A stretch of DNA of 64,000 bases from Tubulanus polymorphus (lineage: Eukaryota > Animalia > Nemertea): positions 17,570,560-17,634,559 of the forward strand of contig NC_134027.1 of assembly GCF_964204645.1 (NCBI RefSeq), read 5' to 3'. The notes under the pieces were generated by a model. It saw only the letters and a program-made list of their open reading frames with translations, was not told the origin of the DNA and did not search any database. Positions 39,541-53,748 of the stretch are shown here, one piece after another (positions within the stretch are counted from its first letter, which is position 1; each line of letters opens with the position of its first letter). The position numbers and the translations under genes are program-made.

Positions 39541-42500
39541 CGTGCTCGCTCGAAGCTGAAAAGTCAAACACAAAAATTTGTCTCACAGTAACTTTTCGAT
39601 GTCAGAATTTTCAAAATTTAAACGCCCCTGGTGGGTGAACGGGGTCCCCAATCAAAGATCCCTTCGACTTACCTCAAGGTACCTGTGATCCGTACATCTC
39701 CCGATAGTTTCAAGATAATCCGTCAAGGAATATTGTAATGCTAACAGAATATAGCCATCCAGGCTCTCGCGTATAGATACCGTAGCTGCATTCATTAGCT
39801 CTATCCAGGGAAGTTACTGCAAGGATGCTATTGCTTGTATATGCGGCACAAAAATTCCTCAGTTGCGTTCACTCGAGACTGACCCCATTCAATGCGCCAC
39901 ATATATATATAAAGATACTAAAAAACTACAGGTCTAGTACACCAGCTCTATCACTGCTTATATGGACACTGACACAAACAGACGCACTGACGCTCGCAGT
40001 GAGTAAACAGTGCAATTCTGATTAATATCACATACAGTATTTGTCAATGCAGCGTAGTACTTGTGATACAGAATGGTTTCACCGACAGTGAATGTAAGTT
40101 GCAGTTGTTTATATCCTTTCAGTAAGATCCAGTGTGAAAAAGGATATAATAATAATAATAATAATAATCAGCAGGAATACAATAGGGTTTCTGCGAAGGC
40201 AGCAGAAACCCTAATAATAATAAATATAGCTGCAAAGCAGCAATAACGGGTTTCTGCCTTGCCGGGTTAAATACCGTACTAGGAAGGTTGCAAAAGATTT
40301 CACTGAAATCAGTTCATTACGTGCCACAATCTGTGAAGAAGCGCCACCTAGGGGTCAGCCTGTATCATGGGTCAGCCCATATCATGGATATGTTGACCCA
40401 TTGCTCTTAAGTGCAAAGTAATGATGTACCAAGTTTAGGGAAAATAATTTCAAGAAAATAGGTGATACAGTGTTTTACCATTCCCTCGTAGCATTTGTAT
40501 CAACTAATTTAGCTGGTTAGCCTAGTATACCTATGTACATGTACTCACACCAGGTTTTGTGATATCTATAATAAAATGGCAGAATTACACGTGAAAAACG
40601 GATGCTAGAATGACTTTTCAAGATTTACGCCCCCTAGCGATTAGAATAGGAACTAATATGTGAGGGTTTTGTTGTATCTCATATCAAAGTACATGTGTAT
40701 CAATTTTCATAGAAATCCCTCCATCCGATTAGTAGATATCAATGAAAGTGCATTTCCAACAACTTGTAGGTGGCGCTACTGGAGCACCATATGAGTTACT
40801 TACTTAAACCATACATCAATACAAGTGTATTGTAAAGGGCTACTAACCACACATTGCAACCTCGATTCTATCACCAACGATTAAGGACCTAGGAGCAAAA
40901 ATCGTTGTTTTCACAGTCCCCTGGTGGCAGTTGTATAAACTAATCATGCAGGTTGGCATATTACACACATGTTTTTGTACTTATACCAAGTTTTGTGATT
41001 TTCAAAATAAACAGACCGCATTATATACGAAAAATGGATGCTGAAATCGATTTTTCAAAATTTACGCCCCCTAGTGGTTAAAATAAGAACAGATCATATG
41101 AGGGGTTAGTTGCATTTAGTCACCAGGTACATGTGTGTCAATTTTCATAGAAATCCATTGATACCCTTAGTCGATATAGATGAAAATGTGTTTTCTAGCA
41201 TCTTATAGGTGGCGCTACTGGAGAACTATATGAGTTACATAGTTATACCATACATCAATACAAGCGTCTTGTCAAGGGCTACTGATAACTCGTTGCAACC
41301 ATGATTCTATCTCAAATGGTTAAGGAGCTAGGAGCAAGAATCTCTTTGAAAAATTTGGGGTCCCATTTTCGAGCCCGTAGAGCCCAAACGGTTAATCGCA
41401 GATAGGGCGTGCCACTGACTTCTTTAACCTCCGGGCTGTTATGAACAACTTTCGTGCTCGCCTTAAGCTGAAAACTCAAAAACAAAAATTTTTCTCACTA
41501 CATTTTCGATGTCAGAATTTTCAAAAGTAAAACACCCCTGGTGGATGAACGGGGGCCCGCAATCAAAGATTCCTCAGACTTACCTCAAGGTACCTGAATT
41601 CCGAACATCTCACGTAAGTTTCAAGTAAATCCGTTGAGCAATATTCTTGTTACTAGCGGAATTCAAAGTATTTAAGCCTATATATGATGCTCTAACTTGT
41701 GTTGCCGAATTCGAAGCAATATGTGATGATCTCTAACTTGTGTATACGGCACAAACAAGGCCATAAAAATTCCTCAATTGCGTTCAGTCGAGCAATGCCC
41801 TAATTCAACAATCGATTCGTAGAAGAGATAAAAATATCACTGCTGCTTACGTGTTTACTACAAATCTAGAACAACACAGCTCTATCAATATAAGGACACA
41901 CACACAAACTCACGTATTTAGGAGGCGCTGTGGGAATAAGACACGTAGGCACTACACATACGTATATGGATACTGTTTGAGTCGGGCTTAAATTTCGATG
42001 TTTAGAGGCTCACAGTGAGTAAACAGTGCAATTCTGATTAATATTACGTACAGTATTTGTCAATGTAGCATAGTACTTGTGTTACAGAATGGTTTCACCG
42101 ACAGTGAAAGTAAATTGCATTTGTTTATATCGTTTCAGTACGATCCAGTGTGAAAAAGAATATAATAATAAATATAGCTGCATAGCAGCGATAACGGGTT
42201 TCTGCCTAACTGGTTCATATGTTGCAATGGGAAGCGTAAAAAAGATTTCATCGAAATTATTCAAATCCGTCCCTAACATAGGACTATTTCCAAGAAGCGC
42301 AACCTGGGTCAACAATATGCTGGATTATGTGGATCCAAAAGGGCTACCATGTAAAAAGTACCGATGTACCAAGTCTAATCAAAATGGCTTTGAGGATACC
42401 GAAGATATGGTCCCCCGTTGGCAGTTGTATCAACTTAAACGTCGCTTGTCGAGGCAGGTGGTGGCCAGAAAAAGAAATATTTCTGGGAAAATGTTTTTGA

Positions 42501-44075
42501 AGACGCAAGGCATTGACTGATCAATTGTGTTGTTTTCTTTCTTAATTTATATTTGATTTGGCAGGTCATCTTGCTTAGGAGTCCGTTTGTCAAAGCATCA
42601 AAGCAACACAGTCCAACTTGTTCATGTCTCAGATGCAGCGGGCCAGGGCGGTCATTATATTGCTAACTTATCCCAATTACACTTACAACAGCCCAACGTT
42701 TTTCAGTGTGTAAACTTGAATACATAAAAATAAGTCAATTAAATTTTCATTTTATTGAAAGAAATACTACTGAACACAGATTTTGAACTGAATGACGTGT
42801 TGATTTATCCAAGCCAAAAAATTACAGCAAAATCAACTGATGATCAACGAGGTGAAGTTTTCATTTATCTTCGGATATTTGTCTACTCCCTGATGATACA
42901 AGCTTTTTGGCTACACCTTTTGAAACATCAACACCTGATCTAATCGCACCAATTAGTCAGCCACAGTTGATTTGGAACGTACACTTGCACACTGTGGTTT
43001 AAATTTATTTCCACCAGCTGCAAGAACCGGCAAAGGAATTGAAGACCGTAGTGACCAGTTCATTCCACGAATAATAGCTGGAAAGAAAGTAATCGAAATA
43101 AATAGTCCTACACATAAGTGTAAACCAGCCTCTTACTAACAACTTAGGCTTTCCACTGTCTCTATTCACTACATCTAGGGCCTCTTCTAGGTGTATCCCC
43201 CCAAAAAAGCTAGGTAAAGTAGCTGGCCAACAATGATCATTGCTTCACCGAGTACTCATTTGCTACCATATGTACTAATATTATAAAGAAATCGTGTAAA
43301 ACATTCCCTGGTTAACGGATTCTCACCTTAAATTACGTAAAAACTGCCGTCGTTGTCATCGATCTGAGTCGTCGAGTGAACGCGGAAGTAAAATTCCGTA
43401 TGAAAATTCCTACCATTTCTGTCCATATTACGTTGAATCGAGCCAAAAATCTTCAGGAAATGTAGCCAACGTCAATTGATTTACGAATAGAATTGACCAA
43501 TTGACTCGTTTTAAGGATCATGGTTTCGTGAAATTCATTAAAGATCCTTAAACTCACGATAAATTTAAGCCGAAAATGATTTCAACCATCCGCCATGTTT
43601 CATTCATAAGACTCTTATTACGCACCGGCTGTAGTTATCGTTCGTGGGAAATGACGGATCCGGACTAATTGTTGGTCCGATTCCGTGATTTACGGTTGAC
43701 TCAAGGTCGTGCGGTAAATTTTAAGCTTTTCGGGGTGCACTTTTATCAATGAATGACGATTCTTTGCGTTATTCTTGTCGCTGTTTAGACCCGGTAATTA
43801 TGCCGGATTAATTCATAATAGATTACTATACGCAAATTCGAAATGGTCAGGCGCTGAGTTATATTTCTGACAGAATTTAAAATTACGTTTATAAGCTGTT
43901 GGTAGTCGAATCTGAGAGGAGTTACATTTTATGAAAAATTTTTGGCTGGAAAGTGGACCATAAATAATAATAATAATCAGCAGGAATACAATAGGGCTTC
44001 TGCGAAGGCAGCAGAAACCCTAATAATCATGCGAATTTCAATAGGGTTTTCTGTGAAGAAACAGAAAACCCTAAT
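39535..44075 (-). repeat. Cluster of nested HINE family B elements
   Basis: 40225-42170 and 39535-40215 are reverse-complement relatives of 24417-26056. Paired heads at 43970-44075 mirror 24362-24490. Confidence 0.75.
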
Positions 44076-44880
44076 TAACACATTTATCCATATTTTCAAT
44101 GACAAGGGCAGATTCCATAATGTGACATTTGGTTTTATCGAGACAGGGAAAGATTATAGCGGCATTATCAAAATCAGAATTGTGACTAGTTTCATAAACG
44201 TGATTAGCTACTCCACTCTCGCGTTTGAAATTTTTGACGTCAGTTTTATGTTCTCTGAGGCGCTTGTTCAAATCACGCCCAGTTTCCCCAATATATATTT
44301 TATTACATACTTTACAAGGGATTTTGTATACACCAATGTTCAAAGGTTCCGTGTTGCAGGAATTGTGAGTTAAGTAATGCCTAAGTTTATTATTGTAAGT
44401 GAAAAAAAGCTGTTCGTTAAGGAGATGAAGGGGTTTTTTATTTTTCCAAAAAGGAACAAAAGGTACGACGATGGGCTGTTTCTGAGGGCGTGAAACTCGA
44501 GAATTACAAAAATGGGTGCAACGGGCTCGAAAAAGAGCTTTATTCAAAAGGTCGTTAGGATTAGCTTACTTATTAAGGGAATTCCTGATCTGGGTCAGCT
44601 CATCATCGAGAAAAAGGGGGTCGCAAATCCTCAAAGCTCGAAGAAATAATCCTTGAGCAACACCGAGTTTTATGCTGTAAGTGGTTAAGGAAAAATAATG
44701 CAAGTAGGATCCAGAATGAGTGGGTTTCTTATAACTGAGAATTCCAGACACAACAGATCATTATGAATGCACACATCTAAAAATGGGATTTTCCATCAAC
44801 TTTCCAATTCAAATGTGAAGTTCAACGAGGGGTAAAAGAGTTAATGAATAAGGGAAATAAATCAATATCAAAATCGTCAG
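44076..44880 (-). pseudogene. Penelope-like retroelement fragment (RT C-terminus plus GIY-YIG endonuclease)
   Basis: YKKPTHSGSYLHY...RALRIC; GVYKIPCKVCNKIYIGETGRDLNKRLREH. Confidence 0.9.
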
Positions 44881-47800
44881 GGTGAAGAAAAAAAAATAAA
44901 AATAAAGATCTTTTGGTATTTCATATAACAAAATATGGAAGGGTGAATGGGAAAAAATGAAATAGAAATATCATTTTTATTGCTACTTTATATACTAATG
45001 CGGAAGGGTGAAGGAGAAACTATAAAATAAAAAAAACTATTAGCCGCGAGGTTGTTGACAGAGAGGTGTCCCGCCAATCTCACTACTCGTCTGTCGATCT
45101 CGTGATGCAACTATCTCACGATTACTTGGAAACAGAAAGTTTCATCAACGCCGGCGGCGTCGGCGTGACCGGCCATTTTGTTGCGATACTAACAGCGGCA
45201 CGAAACCGTCAAATTATTCAATTCAAATTCAAATCAAGTTCATTTTCATGAATTTGATGTCCGATGAGAGACGGATCAAACAAAATTTTTATTTTTTTTT
45301 CATACAGAAATTCAATTTCAATTAGGATTGAAGGCAGTCAAAATAAATATAAAAGATTAATTTTTTTACAACATGTAAGAATTTATGTGGAAGGGCGACG
45401 GAAATAAAAATAGAAAAAAATTTTCTTATTACCATAATGACCCAAATTATGGCGGCGGATACATGCTCCAGTAATTTTTAAAAAAATGCCTAATGACTGC
45501 CCTGCCCCGCTGCAGCTAAGACATAAACAAGTTAGAGTGTATTGCTTCGATGCTTTGAAAGAAAAGAACAAAAATCATTGATCAATCAATGCCGTGCGTC
45601 TTCAAAAAAATTTTCCCGTAAATATTTCTTTTTCTGGCTACCACCTGCCTCGACACGAGGCATTTTCAAGTTTCATATTGTTGACCCAGGTTGCGCTTCT
45701 TGGAAGTAGTCATATGTTATGGACGGATTTGAATTATTTCGATGAAATCTTTTTTACGCTTCCAAGTGCGACATATGAACCAGTTAGGCAGAAACCCGTT
45801 ATCGCTGCTATGCAGCTTTTTTTAGTTTTTGGCTCGCATTAGCGAGCCTATGTCAATGGTCTGGCCGATCGATAATCATTCGTATGCTTAATAAGCTATT
45901 TTTAGCACACTCAAACGCAATTTCATTAGCCTGTATTTCCACTCTGACTAATGGGCGAATTGAACGGATTAAGCAAAAATGTATTTTGTAATTGGTTTTT
46001 TCTTCATGGTGCACAAAGTTGAAAGCCGTGGGTTTCATATTTTTTTCATTTTTTTTTTATTTTTATAATTTACAAAAAAAGTTTCAAAAATTCGATTTAT
46101 TTGAGCACGTTATTTATGCAGCATCTTTAACTGTCCAAAATGACACATGTAAAAATTCGATGCTATTTGCGACCATTTCGGATTTATTATGAATTAATCT
46201 CGTGTAATTACTGGGTCTAAACAGCGACAAGAAACACGCAAAGCATTATCATCCATTGATAAAAGTACATCCCGAAACGCCTACAAATTACCAGAAGACC
46301 TCGAGCGTCAAACTCAACCGTAAATCACGGATTCAGACTTACAATTAGTCCGGATCCGTCATTTACCGCGAACAATATACAGCCAACATGGTAGATGGTT
46401 GAAATCATTTTCAGCTTGAATATATCGCATATTTATGGCGAGTTTTAGGAATTTATTGCACTATGATCCCTAAAATGAGTCAATTGATTAATTCTATTCA
46501 GAAATCAATTTACGTTGGCCTCATTTCCTGAAGATTTCTTGCTAAAATTGACGTTATATGGACAGAAATGGTAGGGATTTTCAAATGGAATTTTCCTTCC
46601 GCGTTCACTTGACGACTCGGATCGATGACAATAGCAGCAGAGTTTATGTAATTTAAGGTGAGAATCCATTAACCAGGGAATGTCAGATATGATTTCTTGG
46701 TCTAACTGCAGTTAAGGTCACCTTTCCACTGGGTGGTGCTATGATATGAGTACATATGGTAGCAAATGAGTATTCGGCGAATGATCATTGTTGGCTACCT
46801 ACTTAATGCCTAGCGTTTTTGGGGGATACGCCTAGAATAGATTTACTAGGCCCTTAATGTAGTGTGTCAAGCCAGTGGAAAGCCTAAGTAGTAAGTAAGG
46901 GGCTGGTTTACACTCATGTATACGACTATTTATTTCGATTACTTTCTTTCCAGCTATTCATCATGGAATGAACTGGTCACTACGGTCTTCAATTCCTTTC
47001 GATTTCAATTTATTTTATTCCTTTGCGGATTCTTGCAGCTGGTGGGAATATATTTAAACCACAGTGTGCAAATGAACGTTTCAGATCAAGCTTTTTTGTC
47101 ATTGGCAGTCAAAGCCGTAACTTATGCGCAACTGTCTCAGATGATGTAAGTACTTGACGTTTTGCGTAATTGTTTTTTTTTTCTAATGCCATGTTTACAA
47201 TATTTGGATTGGTAATCAGTCGTGCTGACGTACATGCAGAATTGGATTCATTGTTATTATGGGATGATAATTCATGGGCATCAAGAGTCCTACGAAAGCT
47301 TTTAAAAGTTTATCAGAGACTTGTTTTGGACTAAACCGAATAGCCCTTAAAATACCAATTCCACATGGCTTTACGGTCTATGCTCTGCGAGACAGTAGTA
47401 ATAGATTTTTCACGACAAACGCACGATTTAAATTGGGATCCTTAGATATCTAATATTTTCTTTCACTGCTTTATTATATTATAACTGAGTAAATTTTACA
47501 TTTGATTGCTTAATTACAGGCGGAAAGAGGTCAGATGGCATGAAAATCGACTGCGAACGCAGTCTCAAATGTTTTGTGACTTTCTCAAAATGTATCAAAA
47601 ATTTAACTAATTTTTAGTTCATAAGTCCTCAAATATTCATAAATAAACAGTTAAAAATTGTTGAAACTTGTCGACTCTGCCGTAAAATCAACCTATTAAC
47701 AGTCCGGAATGTGGGATAATGTCGGGCTTTAGAGAACATAATGCCCCCCGAGGTCTGCACATTTACAAAAAAGGATTACGTAAGTGATTCACGCGCAGCG

Positions 47801-47913
47801 CGCGATAGGCGCACAATAGAAATCTGAGCCGCTCGTTCTTTGAGTGTCACCAATTACGAGGACCGCTCTTGTGAAAATTGACCTTAGGAGGAATATTTTT
47901 TTTTTTTTTTTTT

Positions 47914-48853
47914 GATTTAAGATGGCGGATAGCTGGTAGTACGATGTAGATCTCTCCTACAAAAATTATTTTCTGTGGTTCCTACACCACCCATACTCTT
48001 CTGGACTATAACGGACCAAAAGTCTACACAAAAGTGTGTGAGCTCAGATAACTTTTGCTGAGCTACGCCTTCAGAAAACAAGTAGTTTGAATACTTTGAA
48101 CATTTCAAAATCTAGTAAAGCTGGTACGTAGTATATTTGACAAAATTTGCTAACTAAACTTCTCGACCGTAACCGCGTGATCGTGAGAAAATCGTCACGC
48201 ATGGAATACGTCAACAACAACATAATCGATCGACATAATGGCGAACAACATGAACGTAACTCCCGACAATAGAGCTACCGACCCCAGGCCAGGGGATAAA
48301 CGACGCGTTCTCCACCGAAGTCCCGAATTATGCGACGGTGGGTCACTTGACTACCTAGACATTGAAACAGGAAGTATAATCACCTGCCATGTAATTAACG
48401 ATCCGTGTAAGAGCTGTCAAAAACTCGAATCCAAAATTGACCAAATGTTCTAAACTCTCTTAGACAAGATGAGCGTTCTCCCGGACGTACACAGCAAAAT
48501 AAACGATATATCCAGTTCGATGGCCAATCTCTCGGAAAGGGTGTTAAAGGTTGAAAATGAAATCACGGCGACAAAAAACTCTGTGATCAATACCCGTGTC
48601 GAAAACGATATAATCCTTCGAGATATGCGAGAAAATACAGACACACTTCAATCCATCTGAAAAGAAAATCAAAAACTAACTTCCCGCTTAAATTCTCTCG
48701 AGAATTACAATTGACGAGAAAATCTCATCATTTACGGTGTACCGGAATCAACAGACGAAAATCAACCTGAAAACTGCGACGAAATCGTACGAAAAATCAT
48801 CAAAGACTACGAACTAGGGATTACGAATCCCAACGAGATTTGCCTACAACGCG
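47914..48853 (+). mobile_element. LINE 5' part: 5' UTR and ORF1 (coiled coil plus RRM start), cut by the Polinton-like insertion
   Basis: aagatggcgg (YY1-type motif) at 47919. ORF from 48238 with stops, coiled coil, LENYN*RENLIIYGVPES...NCDEIVRKII. Ends at ICLQR. Confidence 0.75.
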
Positions 48854-49042
48854 AGTAATAGGGGAATGTGGCTTTCATACCAAAGGTCGAAAGGTCGAGC
48901 TCGTAAAAAATGAAAATAACAATAATTTCCAGTTGAATTAGTCGCGCACACTCCTAATTCAACTAGAATTTATAGTTATTTTCATTTTTTACTCACTCAC
49001 CCTTTTAACCTTTGATATGAAAGCCACATTCCCCTATTACTC
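48853..49042. repeat. Imperfect fold-back palindrome (arms about 89 bp, 12-nt loop)
   Basis: gagtaataggggaatgtggctttcata...agttgaattag tcgcgcacactc ctaattcaact...tatgaaagccacattcccctattactc. Confidence 0.92.
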
Positions 49043-49293
49043 TTAAAATATTCATTTACATGGATAAAATATATATGAATAACATATAAAAGTAATTAGA
49101 AAAGTGGGGTTTCAAGCCAGAGGTCGAAGGTCGAGCTCTTATAGAATAGATATATAGATATATTTTAAACATATTTCAATATTTATATTTGTATGAGTTA
49201 GATTTTTAAACATTAAAAGTTTTAGTAAAGTGTGATTGAAATAATTCATATATATATATATACATGAATAACATATAAATGAATAAAATATAA

Positions 49294-52200
49294 ATGAATA
49301 AAATGTGTAAAATCAATTTAAAAAAAAAATTTAGTATTAAAATGGAAACAAATAAGTACTACTGTTCAACATGTAAAATCAATATAGATAAATCCCATAA
49401 ATCAAGACACAATAAAACTAAAAAACATTTAGAGAATAAATTGAAATTAGAATATGAAGATGATATATTAGAATCTAAATTAGATGAATTAAATAATGAA
49501 AAAGAAATATATAAATGTGATACATGTAATCAATCATTCAGTGATAAAAGATATTATAATGAACATTTAAAATCTAAAAGTCATATTAGAAATATGAATA
49601 ATGATATTTTAGGTGAAGATTATTTTGATAATGATAATGATAACGATAAGAAACATAAGACAATTAAAAGAATAAGAAATAAATTAAACAATAAAAGACC
49701 ATACATGGAAGATGTAAGAAATTATATTAATTCATTAGGTAATAAAGAAGATATAGAGATAACCGAAGCATTTAAAAGTGATATTGGTCCAGCTGCTATT
49801 GAGTTTAAATTTCATAAAGGAAAAACATTAGAAGAAAATAAAAAACATTTAGAAAATATGAAAAATATTATAAAAATAATCACTGATGTTGAATACCCTA
49901 AAATTAGTATATCAGTTAAAGTAAAGTTTATAAAATCTGAAGATAAACCAATATATAATATAAATTCTCATTCACAACATATTATAACTAAACAACATAT
50001 AGATGATAAATTAGATAAATGTTATAATGAAGTAAAAACTAAAATAGAAGAGAAATATTTTGAAGGATCTGGTTTAATATTTGATGAAATAATATTTATG
50101 ACTTTACATGTGTATAACACAAAATATAATAAGTTAACTAAATCAAAACCAATAGATGAAATGTATCATATTATAAAGAACCAGATATTGAAGCATCGAG
50201 TTATATTAAACTACCATTTAAAACTAATGCTGTTATAAATGTACAAAATTTTGATGATAAATGTTTTCTATGGACAATTATAAGTTGCTTACATCAAACA
50301 GAAGATATTACACATAGTTTTAGATTAACAAATTATAAACAATTTGAAAATAATTATAACATAGATAAGTATCCAGTTAGAATTAAAAATATCCCAAAAA
50401 TAGAAAGAGATAATAATTTAAGAATAAATGTATTTGATTTAATCAAATTACCAAAAACAAAAGGCAACAATATCAAACATTCTACATTAGAACCTTTATA
50501 CCTATCAAAAGATTATGATTCAAATGATGTTATAGATATATTATATTATGAAAATCATTATATGTGGATTAAACAAATCGATTTATTCTTTAGAACAGAA
50601 AGTGATCATCATCGTAAAATTTATCTATGTAGAAAATGTTTACATAAATTCAGTAATGAAAGTACATTATTAAATCATAAACAATTATGTGATAATCATG
50701 ATTATTGTAAATTAGTTTTACCAAATGAAAAGGATAAAATATTAGAATTCAAAAAATATGATTACAAAAATTAAGTACCATTTGTAATATATGGAGATTT
50801 TGAATCATTAAATAAAGAATTAACTGATCAAGATAGAAAAGAAATATATTATAAAAGAAAGAAATTAAATTCTAATGAAAATGATTTTTCAGATGAACCA
50901 CCAAAAACAAATACAATTTGCTTTCGGGTTATATATAAAATCTGATTATCCAGAACTAATTGAAAGTGAATATTATCATTATAGAAATGAAAATGTTATC
51001 AATCATTTTTGTGACTTATTAATTGAATATGAAATAAGATTTAGTAAATTATTGAATACAAATATAGAAATTATAATGACAGAAGAAGATAAAGAAGAAT
51101 TTGTGTTTTCAGGTAAATGTTATTATTGTGAAAAGATATTTAATTATAAAGATAAAAAAGTAAGAGACCATGATCATTTGAATGGAAAGTTTAGCGGTGC
51201 TACATGAGAATTGTAACTTACAAGCCAAAAAAGTAAATTTTTTTCCAGTTATATTTCATGATCTATCAGGATATGATGCACATTTATTTATCAAACAGTT
51301 ATGCCATAAAATAGAAGAAATTAATAATGAAATAGAAAGATTAAATTCAAATAGATCAAAAGATAAAATACCAACTTATAAATTTAAAATGTTAGCTAGA
51401 ACATCTGAGAATTATATATCATTCCAATTTGGTTGCCTAAGATTTATAGATTCATATAGATTTTTAAATAGTTCATTAGATAATTTATCAAAATCATTAG
51501 TTGATGATGAATTAAAGATATTAAAACAACACTATCCAATTAATGATGATTTCCAATTAATGAGATATAAAGGAGCGATTCCATATTCATTCTATAAAAA
51601 TCATAATGATTTTAACATAACTGAATTATTGAAAGAACAATTCTATGATGAATTAAAAAATGAATATGTTAAAGATGAAGTATATAATAGAACATTGAAT
51701 ATTTGGAATCATTTTGGAATGAAAAATCATGGACAATTAGTAGATTTATATTTAAAATCAGATGTATTATTATTATCGGATATATTTGAAAGGTTTAGAT
51801 ATGTAAACCTAAAATATTTTAATATTGATCCTTGTCATTGTTATTCATCACCAGGTTTAACTTGGGACTGTGGTTTAAAATTTACAGATATAAAAATGGA
51901 TTTGTTAACAAATATAGATCAATTATTATTATTTGAAAAATCTATAAGAGGAGGAGTTTCAGGTGTATTAGGTGATAGATATTTCAATGTAAATGGTAAT
52001 CCTGGATATAAATTATTATATATAGATGCAAATAATCTATATGGTTCGGCAATGATAGAACCACAACCTTATGGAGTGTTTGAAATAAGTGAAGTTTTAC
52101 AACATGAAAATAATGATAAATTTGATTGGAAGAAAAGAATCCTAGATATTGCAGATGATTCAGATACTAGTCACTTCTTTGTTGTAGATTTAGAATATCC

Positions 52201-53290
52201 TGAACATATAAAATTTAAATCTAGAAATCTAGCATACTGTCCCGAACATAAAACTGTAACTCATGAAGAATTATCAAATTATCAAAAAAGAATTAAACCC
52301 GAAAATCATATTCATACAGAAAAGTTAATGGTAACTCAAGAATAGAAATATAATTATGTAGTACATTATAGAATGTTGAAGTTTTATTTGAACCAAGGAA
52401 TGGTTCTAAAAAAAGTACATAGATATATTTCATTTAGTCAATCTAAATGGTTAGAAAAATATATAGATTTTAACACCAAACAGAGAACTAAAGCTAAAAC
52501 TGATTTCGAGAAAGATTTCTTCAAGTTAATGAATAATGCATTCTATGGTAAGACTTGTGAGAATATTAGAAATAAAAATGATATTGAGTTAGTTAGTAAT
52601 GGTAAAAGGATAAGGCATTTACAAACATATCCCAAGTTCTTAGGTAACAGAATATTTGATGAAAATTTAGCTGCAGTTAAAATGAGAAGTACTTCTATGA
52701 AATTTAATAAACCAATCTATGTTGGTGCTTCAGTTTTAGAAATATCAAAATTACTAATGTATGAATTCTATTATAATGTATTACAACCTCATTTTGGAGA
52801 AAAACATATAGAAATCATATATTTTGATACTGACAGTTACATTTTAAAGATTAAAACTAATAATCTAACAAATGATTTAAAAACATTAAAACATCATTTC
52901 GACTTTAGTAATTATCCAAAAGATAATGAATTGTTTAGCAATGTTAATAAGAAGCAGCCCGGGAAGTTTAAGGATGAATTAGGTGGTGAAGAAATGATAG
53001 AGTTCATTGGTATTAGATCTAAAATGTATTCATATAAAACTAAAGAACATGAAGCTAAAAAGTTAAAAGGAATTACTAAAAGTGTAGTAGAAAAGAATAT
53101 TCATTTCAAAGATTATATCAATTGTATATTCAATGAAGAAGTTAGAAAACATAAGATGAAAGATCAGAAGATCACGAAATGTTTATTAAAGAAATAGAAA
53201 AGATAAGTCTAAACCCATTTGATGATGAAAGATATATTTTAGATGATGGAATTCATACAGTTGCATATGGTTGCAATTTAGATGAATAAT
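49294..53290 (+). pseudogene. Protein-primed family B DNA polymerase (pPolB) with N-terminal zinc fingers; several frameshifts and stops
   Basis: ExoI VIYGDFES, endonuclease-VII-like CYYC...VRDHDHLNGKF...CNL, ExoII FHDLSGYDAH, YLKSDVLLL, pol motifs YIDANNLYG, KLMNNAFYGK, YFDTDS. In-frame stops at 50772 and 52343. Confidence 0.95.
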
Positions 53291-53380
53291 TAAAATTTAA
53301 AAGAGAAGAAACAAAAGAAAATGAGATTATGAAAAGGATTCTAACGTGTTAATCAATTTTAATACAAATATGTATTATAA

Positions 53381-53734
53381 ATGGAGAGTAAACAAGCAAA
53401 CCGTGAGAACAACAAATTATTTCTAGATAGAATAAAAAATACTTCAAATGTTAAATCAGTAGATTATAAATTTAAGAAGTTAAAAGAATTAACAATCCAT
53501 AAGAAATATCTAATTACAAATATTGATACAGTTACTAACAAATATGGAGATAAATTAGTTATACACTTAGAATATGAAGGATTAAAAGGAAATACATATA
53601 AATTCAGGACATATTTACCTGATAGATTTCATAGATTATCAAGTGAAGATTTAGAAGAATTATGTTTAGGTGATTTCTATTTCGTATACAAAGGTAAGAA
53701 TGAAAAAGGGCACCATGAAATAGATTTCGAATAA
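53381..53734 (+). CDS. Hypothetical viral protein (117 aa)
   Basis: Intact ORF with TAAATG start directly after pPolB. Confidence 0.7.
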   Translation: MESKQANRENNKLFLDRIKNTSNVKSVDYKFKKLKELTIHKKYLITNIDTVTNKYGDKLVIHLEYEGLKGNTYKFRTYLPDRFHRLSSEDLEELCLGDFYFVYKGKNEKGHHEIDFE

Positions 53735-53748
53735 AATATGTAAAATAA

